Position numbers and translations under genes: made by a program. The notes under the pieces are model-generated. The model ran no database searches, was not told the origin of the DNA, and was given only the letters and a program-made list of their open reading frames with translations. Positions 36,669 through 47,571 of a stretch of DNA of 64,000 nt are shown piece after piece. The stretch spans positions 544,001 through 608,000 of the forward strand of contig CAVPSB010000013.1 in NCBI GenBank assembly GCA_963708025.1, written 5' to 3'. The DNA comes from an uncultured Candidatus Rokubacteria bacterium. GTDB taxonomy: Bacteria > Methylomirabilota > Methylomirabilia > Rokubacteriales > DASRDR01. Within the stretch, counting starts at the first letter, position 1, and every line of letters starts with the position of its first letter.

Positions 36669-36943
36669 CAGAGGATCGCGTTCGACAATGAGGCCGCGTC
36701 CGACTGAGGCGCGTCCATGAGGCTCGCCATGTGGACTTACTCCGCGAAGGCACGGCGAGCTCGCTCCACCTTGTCGGCGTCCGTTGAAATGCCTTCAGAA
36801 AGGTCGAGGGTTTCCACCCCATCCTGCCTGAGGCCATGTCAGCCAGCGTCCCCGCGGATCTCCCTTCCAGCCGACCACCGACGTCCCGCTTACCTCGCCG
36901 GTTGGGTCGTCGAAGGCGACAGCAGGGATTTCAGCGAATCCGA

Positions 36944-37035
36944 CCCCCTCTTACCCCCCTCTGGGGGAGAGGGGGAAGAGGCATCAGCCCCTCCCTCACC
37001 TCAACCCTCTCCCTCCCGAGGGGGGGAGAGGGAGC
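36944..37035. repeat. Pair of REP-like CCCTCTCCC/GGGAGAGGG hairpins, same family as the 20720-20820 MITE core
   Basis: ccccctcttaccccctctgggggagaggggg and ccctcacctcaaccctctccctcccgaggggggagagggag; followed by aattggggttag, similar to the MITE right end. Confidence 0.65.
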
Positions 37036-37125
37036 GGATAGAGGCCACGATCGTCACGTCTGCGTGGTGTCAGGAGTTTCGAATTGGGGTTAGCGTTACC
37101 CATCTCGGCAGGAGGGCGCTGGGCC

Positions 37126-37971
37126 CTAGCGGAGGGCGGCGGCCAGGGTCAGGGCGATCACGAAATAGCCGATCCGGTTGGCATGAGGGTCGGGGCCCTG
37201 GGGTGGCGGCGTGCACGCCCACGTCCACTGGCAGACCAGAACCACGTTGACCGGCAGGCCGATGCCGGGAATCAGCCGGAAGTCGTCGGCGTGGAACGCG
37301 CGGGCGACGTCGGCGACGGGCACCCGGAAGAAGCCGTAGACGGCCTCGAGCAGGTCGTTGAACTGCGACGTCACGAAGGCCGAGTCCTGGGCCAGTTCCT
37401 GACCCGCCGGCCCCTGGAGCCAGAGCGCCAGCAGGGGGTTGTAGTAGTTCATCGCCACGATGGGCACGCGGGGGGCTGCCGTCCGGAGCGCGGTCAGGAT
37501 GTAGGGAAGGTTCGTCTGGACCGTCGCGAACGCGGTACCGATGCACTGCACGTCGTCGAGGGAGCAGTTCAGCAGGTCGTTGGCGCCGATGTCGATGGTG
37601 ACGAGCGAGACGGCGTGCCGGTTCGCCTGGAGGAACACCACGGCCTCGTTGAGCTGAGAGCCATGCGTGTACGTACAGGTGCTCCCGACCCCGGTGATCA
37701 TGGCGGTGCTCGTCTCCGCGTAGCAGCCGAGCTTCACGAGCTGGAGCTTCGGGTTCTTGAGACGGAGGAGCCGGTGGAACTGGTCGGCATAGCCCTGATC
37801 CGTGGGCTCGTCCTGCCCGGTTTCGTCCGGCTGGGTGCCGATCGAGAGCGACGTGCCGAGGGAGAGGTAGATCGGGGCCGGGCCGGCGCTGGCGGCCAGC
37901 CCCGGTGACGCCAGGACGGCGAGCAGTGCCAGAACCAGGCTCCACGCGATCGAGGCATGGCGATGTCCCAT
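37126..37971 (-). CDS. Secreted SGNH/GDSL hydrolase
   Basis: Signal peptide, YLSLGTSLSIG (block I), IDIGANDL (block III), DPHAN (block V); AGGAGG RBS. Confidence 0.85.
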   Translation of the reverse strand: MGHRHASIAWSLVLALLAVLASPGLAASAGPAPIYLSLGTSLSIGTQPDETGQDEPTDQGYADQFHRLLRLKNPKLQLVKLGCYAETSTAMITGVGSTCTYTHGSQLNEAVVFLQANRHAVSLVTIDIGANDLLNCSLDDVQCIGTAFATVQTNLPYILTALRTAAPRVPIVAMNYYNPLLALWLQGPAGQELAQDSAFVTSQFNDLLEAVYGFFRVPVADVARAFHADDFRLIPGIGLPVNVVLVCQWTWACTPPPQGPDPHANRIGYFVIALTLAAALR

Positions 37972-38322
37972 CTCGTGCCTCCTTCTGGTGATGAACCGGG
38001 CCGTGGTCCGGAACGCGGGGCGGACTGCACGCGGATGAGCCCGTAGGGTCACAGGGGGGGTGGGCGCGGTCTCGTGCGCCCGAGAATCCGTACGGCGGAC
38101 GCCCCGGGGAGCGGGCGAGTGATCGGACACGCTTCCCTCCAGTCTCGGCCGTGTGCGTCGCGAACCTACGCCAGCCCGGGAATCGCGTCAAGGTATCCAG
38201 GCGTTGACTGTATCCAGGACTGACAGAACCACCCCGACCGGCAACGCTATTGACCGTGCGGGACCCACTGTGCTCGACTGAACCCGGGAGCCACCAGTGG
38301 GCGCACCGCGGGAGCGAGAGCC

Positions 38323-39923
38323 GTGCTCGATGTCCTGATCGCCAACGGGGTCGTGATCGATGGCGGCGGCGGACCGTCCGTGCGCGCCGACGTCGGGATC
38401 GAGGGCGACCGGATCGTGGCCGTGGGTCCCCTGCCCGGCGCCGCGGCCCGGCGGACCATCGACGCGACCGGGCTCGCCGTCGCGCCGGGCTTCATCGACC
38501 TCCACACCCACTCCGACGTGCCCCTCCTGGTGGACGGCCGCGGCCTGAGCAAGATCCGCCAGGGCGTGACGACCGAGGTGACCGGGAACTGCGGGTACAC
38601 GCCGTACCCGGTCGTCCCCGACCGGGCCCGCCTCCTGCGGGACCTGGTCTCGAGCTACGGGGACCACGTCGAGCTGACGTGGACCGACCTGGCCGGCTAC
38701 CGGGAGGCCCTGACCCGGCAGGGCATCGGCCCCAACGTCGCCCCCCTCGTCGGCCACAGCGCCATCCGCGGCGCGGTGGTCGGCTTCGACGAGCGGCCGG
38801 CGACGCCGGACGAGCTGCGCGCGATGCAGCGCCTCGTCGCCGCGGCGATGGACCAGGGGGCCTTCGGCCTCTCGACGGGCCTGACCCTGCCGCCGAGCGC
38901 GTACGGCGACACCGACGAGGTCGTCGCCCTGGCCTCCGCCATGACCGCGTACCCGGGGCGCTTCTACACCAGCCACATCCGGTGCTGGGCGGGCCAGCAC
39001 ATCGGCGCGGTCGTCGAGGCGGTGGAGATCGGCCGGCGCGCCGGGGTGCCGGTCAACGTCTCCCACATGGCGGTCAACGAGCCCAAGCACTGGGGCGAGG
39101 CGGACCGGGTCATCGCCGTCTGCGAGCGCGGCGCCGCCGAGGGGCGGGACGTGACCTTCGACGTCTATCCCTACGCGGCGAGCAGCTCCGGCTTCTCCCA
39201 GTGCATGCCGACCTGGGCGCAGTCCGGGGGCCGGGCGGCGCTGGTCGCGCGCCTCCGGGACCCGGCGGCGCGCGCCCGGATCCGGGCCGACATGCTCCAG
39301 GAGGGGCTCTTCCGCGGCTGGCCGTGGCTGTGGGACCGGCTGCAGGTCTGCGGGGTGGCCGGCGAGGCGCTCAAGCGCTACGAGGGGAAGACGATCCAGC
39401 AGGTGGCGGACGCCCTGGGGTGCGAGGCGATCGACGCCGCCCTCACCCTGATGGACCGGGACGAGGGGCACGTGCGGATCATCTTCTACTACCGGACCGA
39501 GGAGGACATGCGGGCGTTCCTCCGGCACCCGATGGCCATGATGGGCTCCGACGGCTCCGCCCTCGCCCGCGAGGGGCTGCTCGGCGAGGGGAAGCCCCAT
39601 CCCCGCTCGTACGGCGCGGCCGCCCGCGTGCTGGGGCGCTACGCGCGCGACGAGCGAGTGCTGAGCCTGAGCGAGGCCGTCCACAAGATGAGCGGCCAGG
39701 TGGCCGACCGGCTCGGGCTCCGGGACCGGGGGCGACTCCGGGTCGGCCAGGCCGCCGACGTCGTCGTCTTCGACCCGGCGACGGTGCGCGACCGGGCCAC
39801 CTTCGAGGACCCGCACCAGTACGCCGACGGCGTCCCGTTCGTGCTGGTCAACGGCCGGCTCGCCGTCGACGCCGGCGCCCACACCGGCGTCCTTGGCCGG
39901 ACAGGTGCTGGCACCTCCGCTGA
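38323..39923 (+). CDS. N-acyl-D-amino-acid deacylase (D-aminoacylase); 3' end blurred by probable indels
   Basis: PGFIDLHTHSD, GVTTEVTGNCG, GLSTGL, DVYPY, MMGSDG and PHPRSYG motifs. Likely true end GQVLHLR* at 39921-39923. Confidence 0.88.
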
Positions 39924-39927
39924 TCCA

Positions 39928-40016
39928 AGAGCGCGTGAAGCAATCGGGTGCCTCCGGCTCCCCCCTCCCCGGTGGGTGGGGGAGGGGGGCTGGGGGGGTG
40001 GGCGGGAGGTCCCGAA
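39928..40016. repeat. G-rich intergenic repeat (copy 2), REP/MITE-like
   Basis: Near-identical to 23568-23658. Confidence 0.85.
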
Positions 40017-40033
40017 AAAAGGAGGATCGTCCG

Positions 40034-41635
40034 ATGAGCGCAACGCGTGATCGCTGGCTGACCCGCCGCCGCTTCCTGGGCCTGGCCGGGCTGACCGCGT
40101 CGGTGGCGTGGTCACGGACGGGCGTCCGGGCCGCCACCCCGGTCGGCCCCAAGCAGACGTTCGTCTACGCCATGGGCGCGGACCCGACGAACCTCGACCC
40201 CCACTCGACCACGGACGGGCTCGCCACCGTCGCGATGCACCGCTGCTACGACAAGCTCCTGGAGCTGACGCCCGGCGAGCCGAAGCCCGGGACCCCGCTC
40301 GACGTCCGGCCGGACCTGGCGGAGTCGTGGCGCGTCAGCGACGACGGCCTCCGCTACACCTTCCGGCTCCGCAAGGGCCTCAAGTTCGCCGACGGCTCGA
40401 CGCTCGACGCCAAGGCGGTGAAGTGGTCGTTCGACCGGATGATGGCGATCAACAAGGGCGCCGCCGCCCAGCTCCGGCAGCTCCGCTCCACCGAGGCGCT
40501 CGACGCCACCACCGTCCAGATGACGCTGAGCGAGCCGTACGCGTACTTCCTGCCCACCATCGCCGGCAACACCGCCGCGGCCGTCGTGAACCCGAAGATC
40601 ATGGACCACGAGAAGGACGGCGACCGGGGCCAGGCCTGGCTGGCCAACAACGCGATGGGCAGCGGGCCCTACGTGCTGACGGAGTGGCGGCGCGGCCAGC
40701 AGGTCACGCTCGACTACAACCCGCACTGGTACGGCAAGGAGCCGTCGATCAAGCGGGTGATCGTGAAGATCGTCCCGGAGTCGATCAACCAGAAGCTCCA
40801 GCTCGAGAAAGGCGACATCGACACCATGGCGCCCATCAGCATCCCCGAGATGCTGAGCCTCCAGGGCAAGCCCGGCGTCCGGGTGCTCGAGGTGCCGAGC
40901 CTGCTGCTCATCCTCGCCTACCTCAACAACAAGAAGCCGCCCCTGGACAACGTCAAGGTCCGCCAGGCGATGAGCTACGCCATCAACTACGACCAGATCA
41001 TCAAGGAGCTGATCCAGGGGAAGGGCCGGCGGCTCCGGGGCCCGATCGCCTACGGGATGGAAGGCTACGACCCGAACCTGAAGGGCTACGACTACGACCC
41101 GGCCAGGGCCAAGCAGCTCCTGGCGGAGGCGGGCTTCCCGCGGGGCCTCGAGCTCACCCTGACCTACGCCTCGCAAGGGGCACCCGGCGCCGACGACGTC
41201 GCGCTGGCCGCCCAGGCCAACCTCGCCGAGGTGGGCATCCGGGTGAAGATCGAGAAGGTGGCCGAGCCGACCCGGCGCGAGCGGATCGACAAGGGCGACT
41301 TCCAGTGGAGCGTGGGCGGGTGGACCACGAGCCCGCTCCCGCCTCAGACCATCTACCGCTGGATCCACTCGAGCCTGCAGGGCATCAACGCGAACCGGGC
41401 CTTCTACTCGAACCCCCGCGTCGACGAGCTGGTGAGCAAGGCCCCGACGATCCTCGACGGTGCGAAGCGCATCGCGATGTACCAGGAAGCCCAGCGGATC
41501 ATCGTCGACGAGGCGCCGTACCTCCTCTTCTACCAGGCGAACCAGATCATGGCGCTCCGCGACACCGTGGACGGGTTCGAGGTCAAGCCCGGCGGCTCCC
41601 AGTACATGACCTACGAGCGGTTCTCGAAGCGGTAG
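40034..41635 (+). CDS. ABC substrate-binding protein family 5 (DppA-like), Tat signal
   Basis: TRRRFLG, PDLAESWRVSDDGLRYTFRLRKGLKFADG and KVRQAMSYAINY motifs. Confidence 0.92.
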   Translation: MSATRDRWLTRRRFLGLAGLTASVAWSRTGVRAATPVGPKQTFVYAMGADPTNLDPHSTTDGLATVAMHRCYDKLLELTPGEPKPGTPLDVRPDLAESWRVSDDGLRYTFRLRKGLKFADGSTLDAKAVKWSFDRMMAINKGAAAQLRQLRSTEALDATTVQMTLSEPYAYFLPTIAGNTAAAVVNPKIMDHEKDGDRGQAWLANNAMGSGPYVLTEWRRGQQVTLDYNPHWYGKEPSIKRVIVKIVPESINQKLQLEKGDIDTMAPISIPEMLSLQGKPGVRVLEVPSLLLILAYLNNKKPPLDNVKVRQAMSYAINYDQIIKELIQGKGRRLRGPIAYGMEGYDPNLKGYDYDPARAKQLLAEAGFPRGLELTLTYASQGAPGADDVALAAQANLAEVGIRVKIEKVAEPTRRERIDKGDFQWSVGGWTTSPLPPQTIYRWIHSSLQGINANRAFYSNPRVDELVSKAPTILDGAKRIAMYQEAQRIIVDEAPYLLFYQANQIMALRDTVDGFEVKPGGSQYMTYERFSKR

Positions 41636-41677
41636 GCGCCCCGGAGGGCCTCGACGGCCCCGGGCGCCGGCGGCCCG

Positions 41678-42685
41678 ATGAAGCGCTCGACGTACGTCGT
41701 CTACCGGGTGCTCTCGATGGCCCCGACCCTGCTCGGGGTCATCGTCCTGATCTTCTTCCTGTCCCAGTCGATCAAGGGTGACCCGGCCCGGATGATGGCC
41801 GGGGACACCGCCGACAAGCAGGTCCTCGACCAGCTCCGGCGCGAGTTCCAGCTCGACCGGCCGCTGCCGGTGCGGTTCGCGGCGTACCTGGGGAACCTGG
41901 CCCGGGGGAACCTCGGCCTCTCCTATTCCACGAAGCGTCCGGTCCTCGAGAGCCTGCTGGAGCGGCTCCCGGCGACGCTGGAGCTGACCCTGGCCAGCCT
42001 CGTCTTCGCCATCGCCGGCGCGGTCCCGCTCGGCGTCCTGTCGGCGGTGCGGCGGAACCGGCCGATCGACCACGTGGTGCGGGTCCTCGGCGTCGGCGGC
42101 GTCTCGATGCCGGTGTTCTGGTCCGGCCTCCTGCTGATCTGGCTCATGTACGTGAAGCTGGAGTGGCTCCCGGGGGCGGGCCGTCTCGGCGTGTACACGA
42201 CCCCGCCCCGCGCCCTCACCGGCATGTACACGCTGGACAGCCTCCTCACCGGGAACTGGCCGCTCTTCGTGGAGAGCCTGCAGTACCTCGTGATGCCGGC
42301 CTTCATCCTCGGCTACGCCTACATGGCGACGCTGACGCGGCTGATCCGCTCCAGCATGCTCGAGGTGCTGACGCAGGACTACGTCCGCACCGCGCGGGCC
42401 AAGGGGCTGGACGAGCGCCGGATCGTGCTCGGACACGCGCTGCGCAACGCCCTCCTGCCCGTCACCACCCTGGCCGGGCTCGCCTTCGCGGCGCTCCTGG
42501 GCGGGGCCGTGCTCACCGAGACGATCTTCTCCTGGCCGGGCGTCGGCCGGTACGTGGTCGACGCCGCGCTCTTCCTCGACTACCCGGTCATCATGGGCTT
42601 CACCCTGATGATCGCGGTCGTCTACATGAGCGTGAACCTGGCCGTCGATCTCCTGTACTCCTGGCTAAACCCGCAAATCCAGTAG
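41678..42685 (+). CDS. ABC permease DppB-like
   Basis: GNLGLS, LPATLEL, DYVRTARAKG and HALRNA motifs. Confidence 0.92.
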   Translation: MKRSTYVVYRVLSMAPTLLGVIVLIFFLSQSIKGDPARMMAGDTADKQVLDQLRREFQLDRPLPVRFAAYLGNLARGNLGLSYSTKRPVLESLLERLPATLELTLASLVFAIAGAVPLGVLSAVRRNRPIDHVVRVLGVGGVSMPVFWSGLLLIWLMYVKLEWLPGAGRLGVYTTPPRALTGMYTLDSLLTGNWPLFVESLQYLVMPAFILGYAYMATLTRLIRSSMLEVLTQDYVRTARAKGLDERRIVLGHALRNALLPVTTLAGLAFAALLGGAVLTETIFSWPGVGRYVVDAALFLDYPVIMGFTLMIAVVYMSVNLAVDLLYSWLNPQIQ

Positions 42686-42702
42686 CGGGGCCGGGGCACG
42701 CG

Positions 42703-43614
42703 GTGAGCAGCGTCTCGCGGGTGGAGGAGCGGGGAGCGGCGGTGGGCTCGGGGCGGCCCGTCGCCGGCCGCGCGCGGGGACGGCTGGCCCGCGTCAGTCG
42801 GCTGTGGCGCAACCCGCTGACCCTCGGCGGGCTGGTCGTCATCGTCGCCCTGGTGCTGACCGGCATCTTCGCGCCGCTCCTCGCCCCTGGCGACCCCGCG
42901 CGGATGAACCTGGCGACGCGCCTCCGGCCGCCGAGCGCGCAGTTCCCGTTCGGTACCGACGAGCTGGGGCGGGACGTCCTCTCTCGCGTGATCTGGGGCG
43001 CCCGGGTGTCGCTCGAGATCGGCCTCATCGTGGTGGGCATCGCCGGCACCATCGGCTTCGCCCTGGGCGCGACCGCCGGCTACCTCCGGGGCCGCTTCGA
43101 CGACGTGACGATGCGCCTGATCGACATCATCCTGGCCTTCCCCGGCCTGATCCTGGCGATGGCCGTCGCCACCTTCCTCGGGCCCGACCTCGACAACGCC
43201 ATGCTCGCCATCGCGTTCGTCCACATCCCCAAGTACACGCGGGTGGCGCGGAGCGAGGCGCTGGCGCTGCGGGAGAGCCTGTTCGTGCAGGCGGCCCACG
43301 CCACCGGCGCCACCGGCCGCCGGGTGGTCCTGCGCCACATCATGCCCAACTCCTTGTCGTCGATCCTCGTCGTCGCCACCCTCGACTTCGGGCTGGTGAT
43401 CCTGACCGCGGCCTCGCTGGGGTTCATCGGGCTGGGGGCGCAGCCCCCCACCCCCGAGTGGGGGCTCATGGTCGCCGACGGACGGAAGTACCTGGTGGAG
43501 GCGCCCTGGCTCACGACGTTCCCCGGGCTCACGATCATGCTCGTCGTCATCGCGGCCAACGTCTTCGGCGACGGCCTGCGCGACGTGCTCGACCCCCGCC
43601 TCCGCGAGTCGTGA
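42703..43614 (+). CDS. ABC permease DppC-like
   Basis: FGTDELGRDVLSRVIWGARVSL, PTPEWG and FGDGLRDVLDP motifs. Confidence 0.92.
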   Translation: MSSVSRVEERGAAVGSGRPVAGRARGRLARVSRLWRNPLTLGGLVVIVALVLTGIFAPLLAPGDPARMNLATRLRPPSAQFPFGTDELGRDVLSRVIWGARVSLEIGLIVVGIAGTIGFALGATAGYLRGRFDDVTMRLIDIILAFPGLILAMAVATFLGPDLDNAMLAIAFVHIPKYTRVARSEALALRESLFVQAAHATGATGRRVVLRHIMPNSLSSILVVATLDFGLVILTAASLGFIGLGAQPPTPEWGLMVADGRKYLVEAPWLTTFPGLTIMLVVIAANVFGDGLRDVLDPRLRES

Positions 43615-43649
43615 GGTCTTGGGCGGGCTCGATCCCGCCGGGCGCAGAG

Positions 43650-44204
43650 TCAGGCCGGCCGGCCTCGGTCCTCCGGAGGGTGCATCACGAGCTGCGCGAT
43701 CTCCTGCACCCGATCCACGGTGATGCCCGCCTGCTGCTCCAGCGCCAGCGGGTGGTCCGTCGGCTCGAGCTCGATGAACGGGCGATCGGGCCAGGGCCGG
43801 ATGTGAAGCGCCGTCTTGAGGTTCTGCGTGTCCGGGTAGCCGGGAATCACGCTGCAGAGCCAGCCGAAGAACCGATCGCCCGGCCGGCGAGCCCGGTCGT
43901 CGTGTTGCTCAACGTACCGTTGGAAGCTCCTTTCGCTGAGCGACACCCAGGCTCCCCAGCTGAACGGCTCCTCGTGGCCGTGAACGTGGATGTCCAGGCA
44001 GCCGCGGACGAAGAACCACCGCTGGTCGATCACGCAGTAGTCCGGGTCGAGCTCCACCCGCCGGTCCCGCTCCGCTTCCGCCACCATGAGGTACTGGACC
44101 GGCCAATCCCACCCGAAGCTCGGCATGCCGACGTGGAAGTCACCGCACGCGGCACACGTGAATCCGAACGCTCCACCGGCATCTCGCCGCGTGTCGTCGT
44201 TCAT
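43650..44204 (-). CDS. DUF2199 family protein
   Basis: FTCAACGDFH, FFVRGCL, FSWGAWVSLSE, FGWL and DHPLALEQQAGI motifs. Confidence 0.85.
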   Translation of the reverse strand: MNDDTRRDAGGAFGFTCAACGDFHVGMPSFGWDWPVQYLMVAEAERDRRVELDPDYCVIDQRWFFVRGCLDIHVHGHEEPFSWGAWVSLSERSFQRYVEQHDDRARRPGDRFFGWLCSVIPGYPDTQNLKTALHIRPWPDRPFIELEPTDHPLALEQQAGITVDRVQEIAQLVMHPPEDRGRPA

Positions 44205-44220
44205 GTCGGCCTCGCACCGC

Positions 44221-44920
44221 TCACGGCCCGTCCGCGCCTGGCCGCCCGGGCTCCTCCAGAGCAAACGCGATGGCTTCGGGCAGCGTCATCGAATGCCCGC
44301 GACCCCTCGCCTCCTCGAGAGCGGCGCGACCCACGCCGCGACTCGCCGCCTCCAGGCTGCGCTCGAGATCAGCCTGCCAGGCCGGCGGCGGACCGGCGCC
44401 GATGATCCGGCGGAGCGCGGCCGCGCTGGCGGCCAGGCTCTGGGCGCGAAGCGGCTGGGCCTCGTCGGCCGCCAGGCCCGCCAGGCCCTCGAAGACGAAC
44501 GCGATGCCCCGGCGGTCCCCCAGGTCCCTGAAGATCTGCAGGCTCTCCGCGAGGCGCGCCCGGGCCACGGCGTACTCGCCCTGATCGCGCGCCAGGCGTG
44601 CGGCCGTGCTCAGCACGTTGGCCGTGTTCTGCCGGTCACCGAGCTCGCCGAGATCGCCAGGCTCTCGTCGGTGCGCGCCCACGCCACGTCGAGCTTGCCT
44701 TGCGCCCGGGCGACCATGGCGAGGCCGGTCAGTGCCCAGCCGATCCCGACCCGGTCGCCCGAGCTGCCGCCACAGGGCCAGGCTCTGCTCCAGGTGGGTC
44801 TCGGCCGCGTCCGCGTCGCCCTGGTCCCGAGCGATGATTCCGAGGTTGCCGAGCGCCGCCGCCATCGCCTCGGTGTCGCCCGCCTGCTTCACCAGCCCGA
44901 GGCTCTCTTCGAGGGCCTGG
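44221..44920 (-). pseudogene. C-terminal TPR region of a predicted ATPase/TPR regulator (N-terminus missing, frameshifted)
   Basis: Repeats of LGD-x-x-GIA / ALGNLGIIARDQGD ending GHSMTLPEAIAFAL; no plausible N-terminal domain upstream. Confidence 0.6.
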
Positions 44921-45041
44921 TCGCAGCCGCCTCACTCGGCGAACGGGGTGGCCCAGTTCGCCGACCACCAGGCGAGGCGATCGGCATACAGCGTCACGCC
45001 GTCGGCGCCGGCCCGGTGCTCGTTCCACCTCTACTCTCCGA

Positions 45042-45563
45042 TCATACCGGCTCCTCCGCATGCCGAGGCTGGCTCTCCCCGAGTGAGCCGAGATAGGCGG
45101 CGGCCGCGTCGAGCTCCTGCTCGCTGAACACCCGGATGCCGTGCTGCGCGAGGAGGGTGGCGGTGACGCCCTGGCCGGTGATTCGCCGGCGACTGAAGGT
45201 GCCGTCGTAGATGTAGCCGCTGCCACAAGAGGGGCTCCCGTCCTTCAGGACGGCCAGCTGGACCCCGGTGGCCGACGCGGCCGCCAGGGTCAGCTGCGCG
45301 CCACGGAGGAAGGAAGCGGTGACGTCTTGACCGGCGCCGGTCATGACGTGGCCGGCGCCCTCGAGGACCGCGCGACCACTGGCGCCCCGGATCTCGGCCG
45401 CCGGGCGCGGCACGCCGAGCCCCCCGGCCACCTCGGGACAGAAGGGAACGATCCGCCCCTCGGCTCGCCACGTATCCAGCAACGAATGGCTCGACGCCGA
45501 ATCGGCGCCGTTGTAGCGGACCTTCTCACCCAGCAGACACGCGCTCACGAGAACCCGGATCAT
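45042..45563 (-). CDS. DUF523 / 2-thiouracil desulfurase (TudS-like) family protein
   Basis: VSACLLGEKVRYNG, FCPEVAGGLGVPR and LKDGSPSCG (conserved cysteines). Confidence 0.88.
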   Translation of the reverse strand: MIRVLVSACLLGEKVRYNGADSASSHSLLDTWRAEGRIVPFCPEVAGGLGVPRPAAEIRGASGRAVLEGAGHVMTGAGQDVTASFLRGAQLTLAAASATGVQLAVLKDGSPSCGSGYIYDGTFSRRRITGQGVTATLLAQHGIRVFSEQELDAAAAYLGSLGESQPRHAEEPV

Positions 45564-45964
45564 CCGGCGCCCCGCCCTTGCCCTGACGAGAGGGCTGGCA
45601 GGGGGCCGGCCGACTCAAGGGTAACCATGCCTGCCCTCCCCTCCGGCGGCTCATGATGATAGGCCATCCGTCCGGACCCGGCAAGCGGACGGCGGCCCAG
45701 GTCGATGATTCCTTCGTGCCGTCGCGTCGGGAATCCTTCGCGCTCTCCAGATGCCGCATTTTCCGCTTGACAGGGTTTGTGAGCGGGCGCGCGCGGTGGT
45801 CGCGGCCTCGACCTTCAGTCGCGCCCAGCGGGCCGCGCCGGCCCGCGGCACCGCGCGCCGCCGGCGGCGAGCCGAAAATCATTCCCGTCCAATAGATCCG
45901 CGGCCGGGCGGCCTCCCAGGGCGGTCGAAAATCGCGTGGTAGGGTGCGAGCCAGGAGGCTCGCC

Positions 45965-47320
45965 ATGCACCTCGCCACGACGCTCGCGCCCACGATCTGC
46001 GACGGCCGACCTCGACCGCCTCGGCGACGAGATCGCCACGCTGTCGGCCCACCTCGACGCCGCCACCGCCCGGCTGCTGGCGCTGATCCGCGAGTTCGAC
46101 GCGCGGGGCGGCTGGGGGAACGGCTTCCGCTCCTGCGCGGCGTGGCTGAGCTGGCGGGTGGGGCTCGACCCGGGGGCGGCGCGGGAGCGGGTGCGGGTGG
46201 CGCGGGCGCTGGGCGGGCTGCCCCAGCTCGCGGCGGCCCTGGCCCGGGGAGAGCTGTCCTACGCCAAGGTGCGGGCCCTCACGCGCGTCGCCACCCCGGA
46301 GACCGAGGCGCGGCTGCTGGCGGTGGGACGGGCGGGGACGGCGGCGCACGTGGAGCGGATCGTGCGGGGGTGGCGGCGGGTGGACCGGCAGGTGGAGGCG
46401 CAGGAGGCGGCGGCGCGGCACCGGGGGCGGTCGCTCCAGGTGTACCCGGACACGGACGGGATGCTGGTGGTGCGGGGGCGGCTGGAGCCGGAGGTGGGGG
46501 CGGTGCTGATCCGGGCGCTGGAGGCGGCGCGCGAGGCGCTGTACGCGAAGAGGCGGGCCGCCGCGGTGGGGGGCGCCGAGATGGACCCACCGAGCCCAGG
46601 GCCAGCAGCAGGCCGACGCCCTGGCGCTGGTGGCGGAGACGGCCCTCGCGCAGGGGCTCGATCCGGGCTCGGGGAGCGAGCGGTACCAGGTCGTCGTCCA
46701 CGTGGACGCCGCCGCGCTGGCCGACCCCGAGCAGCCGGGGCAGTCGGCGCTCGAGGACGGCGTGAACGTTTCCGCGGAGACGTCGCGGCGCCTGGCCTGT
46801 GACGCGACCCGGGTCATCCTCCGCCACGCGGGCGACGGGCAGGTGCTCGACGTGGGGCGGCGGACGCGGACGATTCCGCCGGCGCTGCGGCGAGCGCTGC
46901 AGGCGCGGGACCGGGGGTGCCGGTTCCCGGGCTGCGGGGTGCGCCACGCCCAGGGGCACCACCTCCACCACTGGGCGAACGGGGGCCCGACCCGGCTGGA
47001 CAACCTCGCGCTGGTGTGCGGGTTCCATCACCGGGCCGTGCACGAGGAGGGCTATCAGGTCGAGCGCGACGCCGAGGGCACGCTGCACTTCCGCACCCCG
47101 ACACGGCTGGCCGATTCCCGAGGTCCCGCCGCCGCCGGCAGTGCCGCCCGATCCGATGCAGGCCATTGTCGCGACCAACCGGGCGGACGGCCTGGCGATC
47201 GGCCCGCGGACGGGGTGCCCGAGCTGGCTCGGGGAGCGGCTGGACCTCCACTGGGCGATCGGGGTCCTGCACCCCGCGGCCAATCCGCCGGCCCCGCCCG
47301 TATTGCGCTTCACCGGGTAG
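45965..47320 (+). CDS. DUF222 + HNH endonuclease (13E12-repeat-like; frameshifts near 46000, 46600, 47100)
   Basis: SCAAWLSWRVG..ARERVRVARAL, SRRLACDA, RDRGCRFPGC and HHLHHWANGGPTRLDNLALVCGFHHRAVH. Confidence 0.85.
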
Positions 47321-47571
47321 CCTGGCTCCGGGAAGGCGCGCTCGGGGTTCGCTGGGTCTGGCCACCGTCGCTCCCGCCTCCTACTGAGAGACCGAAGCAC
47401 CGGTCGCCCGTCGCCGCCCGCGCGTTAGCCGATGCCCGCTTGGTGGTGCCCGCTTGGCGGTTGACCGCCCTGGCGACCCCGCCTAGACTCTCGTCAAGCC
47501 TGGCCCTCGAGGAGGGCGCCCGCATCGACAACCCGCGCCATCCGCAACCGCGGAGAGACAGGGAGGCACCT

